64,000 nucleotides of DNA from Acidobacteriota bacterium (GTDB lineage Bacteria; Acidobacteriota; UBA890; WLXD01): positions 320,001-384,000 of the forward strand of contig CAXWPH010000015.1 of NCBI GenBank assembly GCA_963666055.2, read 5' to 3'. The translations under genes and the position numbers were made by a program. Shown piece after piece: positions 61,464 to 64,000 of the stretch. The first letter of the stretch is position 1. The number at the start of each line of letters is the position of its first letter. The notes beneath the pieces were generated by a model. It saw nothing but the letters and a program-made list of their open reading frames with translations. It did not search any database and was not told where the DNA came from.

Positions 61464-63116
61464 GTGAAAAGGCGTGACTTCATCAAGCTCGGCGCAGCTG
61501 TCGGCGCCATCGCAAGCGGTCCAGCTACACCGTCTGCAATCGCAAGACAGCACCCAGCGGCCACGACCGAGAGCTATCGATCGAGGGGCGGTCGCGACCT
61601 GGCCATCGTCAACGCCAAGATCGTCACCATGGAGCCAGGGCAGCCGGAAGCCGAGGCCGCCCTTGTTCGAGGTGGCCGCGTGGTGCTGGTCGGAGACAGC
61701 ACCGAGGTACGCTCGCAGGCCGGTCCCGTAACGGTCTTTGATGCCGCAGGGCGAACGGTCGTACCGGGATTCATCGATGCTCACACCCACCTGGAGGTAG
61801 CCTGCGTCGCCGAGACCTACCAAGCAAAGGTCCACACACCCCCTCTCGGCAGCCTTCGAGAGGTCATCGACGTGTTGCGCTCCAAGACGGCCGAGACACC
61901 AGCAGGCGAATGGGTGATTGCTCGCGGCTCGTTCGCTCTCGAGCGGCGCGTCAGCGAGGGCCGATTGTTCACCCGGCAAGATCTCGACGACGTCACCCAG
62001 GACCACCCCTTGATCGTGTTTTCCGGACGCCACGTAGCCATGCTCAACACCAAAGCGATCCACACGATGGGGCTCTGGGACCCGGACTCGACGCCGCCTC
62101 GTGGAGCGATCGTTCATCGGGACGCCTCCGGCGTACCGACCGGCACCGCGACCGAGCTCTACTATCTGCTGCCCTCGTACTCGATCGAACAGGTCAAGGC
62201 GGCGATCCGCGAGCACGTCGGCCCGATGTTCGTCGCCAACGGTACGACGTCCGTATATACCGTTCCCTACTCGACCAGCGACATCACCGCCGATCTCGAG
62301 CTACAGGCAGCCGGCGAGCTGCCGCTGCGCGTGCGCATGTACTACCACGTACCCCACATGATCTCCCTGCAGGGTCTTCTCGATACCGGTCTGGTCTCCG
62401 GCTTCGGCGACGATATGTTTCGTTTGGGGGGTGTAAAGCTCTTTGTCGACGGGCTCGGCGGCAACGGTCTCGGGGACCCGCTCGAAGACTACAAGTGGAC
62501 CCAGGAGGAGCTCGACGAGTTGGTGTTCCAGGCTCACACGAGCGGCCTCCAGGTGCTGATGCACGTGATCACGCCGGGGGCCGTGCATCGGGCCGCGACC
62601 GCCGTCGAGAAAGCCCTGCGTCGTGATCCCCGACCCCATCGTCATCGGCTCGAGCACGGTGGCAGTGTCGAGACCGTCGAGGAGATGCGTTGGCTGCGCG
62701 ATCTGGGATTGCGTCTGGTCGTCACCCCCAGCCGTGGCCGGCCGGGACGCCGCACACCACGCTACCGAACGCTGGTGCGGGAGGGACTCGAGATCATCGG
62801 CATCACCGATACCACCGGCACCGTGCCGGGCTCCTCCGCACCGCTACCGAAGATCGCCGCGGCGATGGTATCGGTCGAGGAGGGCGGCGGGGCGCCCGCC
62901 GGAGAGACGCTGACCTTCGACGAGGCGCTGCGTCTGTACACGCTGTGGGCGGCACGCGGTGGTCTGGAGGAAGCCGACAAGGGCTCGATCGCCGTCGGCA
63001 AGCTGGGTGACTTTGCGGTGCTCTCCGATGACCCACGCAACCTTGCCGGCGAGGATCTATTCGGGGTCCAGGTGGAGGCGACGATCCTCGGCGGCGAGGT
63101 CGTCTTCGAGCGCTAG
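61464..63116 (+). CDS. amidohydrolase-3 family protein with Tat signal
   Basis: AAGGAGG RBS and GTG start; KRRDFIK; PGFIDAHTH, HRLEH, KGSIAVGKLGDF. Confidence 0.9.
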   Translation: MKRRDFIKLGAAVGAIASGPATPSAIARQHPAATTESYRSRGGRDLAIVNAKIVTMEPGQPEAEAALVRGGRVVLVGDSTEVRSQAGPVTVFDAAGRTVVPGFIDAHTHLEVACVAETYQAKVHTPPLGSLREVIDVLRSKTAETPAGEWVIARGSFALERRVSEGRLFTRQDLDDVTQDHPLIVFSGRHVAMLNTKAIHTMGLWDPDSTPPRGAIVHRDASGVPTGTATELYYLLPSYSIEQVKAAIREHVGPMFVANGTTSVYTVPYSTSDITADLELQAAGELPLRVRMYYHVPHMISLQGLLDTGLVSGFGDDMFRLGGVKLFVDGLGGNGLGDPLEDYKWTQEELDELVFQAHTSGLQVLMHVITPGAVHRAATAVEKALRRDPRPHRHRLEHGGSVETVEEMRWLRDLGLRLVVTPSRGRPGRRTPRYRTLVREGLEIIGITDTTGTVPGSSAPLPKIAAAMVSVEEGGGAPAGETLTFDEALRLYTLWAARGGLEEADKGSIAVGKLGDFAVLSDDPRNLAGEDLFGVQVEATILGGEVVFER

Positions 63117-63392
63117 CAGACCGTGGTGAAAGTGTGGTGGGTCTGGTTACGGCGAGTTGGGGCCAGATGCAAGGCGGCCTGACACAGGCGATGCCCTAGC
63201 CATCGTCGAGGAAGGCCAACGCCGCATAATGGCCCCAAATCGCCGTAACCCTTCGAGCGACAGGGGGTTGCGCGCGTATCCTGCGTCGTTCCTCGTCAAC
63301 GACGGGGTAACCATCGCCTCCTCCTCTCTCCTTGCCTCCACTTCGCAAGACCCTGTCGCCAGACCCGTCACACTTCCACCACGGCCTGCTAG
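63113..63392. mobile_element. MITE-like element copy 2
   Basis: near-identical to 57398-57676; left CTAG contains the amidohydrolase stop codon. Confidence 0.85.
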
Positions 63393-63439
63393 CAGGCTGC
63401 TGCCGGTCCGACTTGCAGTGCGGCTCGAGCGGTGTTCCG

Positions 63440-64000
63440 CTAGCGCTCGCCGAAGATGCTCTTGGGCAACATCACGTGCACCCCGAGGCTGTCGTCGACG
63501 ATTTGTGTCATGCGGATATCGGCCGCCATGCTGGCGAGCCGGTTCGCCTCTACCGGCGTCATCGACCACGTCTGCACCAGGAAGTCGATCGCTTCCTGAA
63601 CGGCGATCTGCGTAGCCTTCGTGAGGTCCGGGTCCGACCCCATGGCGATGAAATGGGTCGGGGTCTCGGCGCGCGGCCAGCGCAGATGCAGGTCTTTGCG
63701 GACGATCAGCTGCAGGCGGCCACGCAGCGAGCTCTCCAGCGCCGTGCCCCCGACCTCACCATCACCCTGGGCGGCGTGGCCGTCGCCGACGAACAGCAGC
63801 GCACCCTCGACAAAGACGGGAAGAAAGAGGGTCGTCCCACCCACCAGCTCCTTGTTGTCCATGTTGCCGCCGAAGTTTGCCGGGGGATTGCTGCTCACAC
63901 GGCCAGCCTCCAGCGGCGGTGCCACTCCCATAATGCCGAAGAAAGGTCGCAAGGGAATCTCGATCCCCGATTCCAGCGGCGCGACCATGCGCTCCATATC
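63440..64000 (-). CDS. acetamidase/formamidase family protein (partial, runs off window)
   Basis: PFFGIMGVAP, GGNMDNKEL, GDGHAAQGDGEV. Confidence 0.92.
   Translation of the reverse strand, partial: DMERMVAPLESGIEIPLRPFFGIMGVAPPLEAGRVSSNPPANFGGNMDNKELVGGTTLFLPVFVEGALLFVGDGHAAQGDGEVGGTALESSLRGRLQLIVRKDLHLRWPRAETPTHFIAMGSDPDLTKATQIAVQEAIDFLVQTWSMTPVEANRLASMAADIRMTQIVDDSLGVHVMLPKSIFGER

Overview
GC-rich bacterial window. Gene content (Oar-like TonB receptors, PD40/TPR Ser/Thr kinases, TLPSH-type sulfatase-like TPR proteins) suggests an Acidobacteriota-like organism; this is inference. The left ~32 kb is a fragmented accessory region. It holds nested IS3 and IS1595 elements, phage or satellite remnants, two divergent M43 metalloproteases and a type I-G (I-U) CRISPR locus. 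That locus has 25 repeats and intact cas2, cas1, cas4 and a small cas8/csb3-like gene, but cas3 is 5'-truncated and seems to lack its HD core, and csb1/csb2 are absent. A tandem Ser/Thr-kinase array follows, in which non-kinase genes sit between repeated kinase tail/head junction sequences. The right ~32 kb is mostly metabolic and secreted-enzyme genes, a hicAB pair with its operator, and a CTAG-targeting MITE (two full copies and one end). Many single-base frameshifts and abrupt junctions mean some oddities could be assembly artefacts. Best leads: the kinase-junction cassette array, a promoter-driven structured RNA behind the IS1595 transposase, and the HD-less Cas3.
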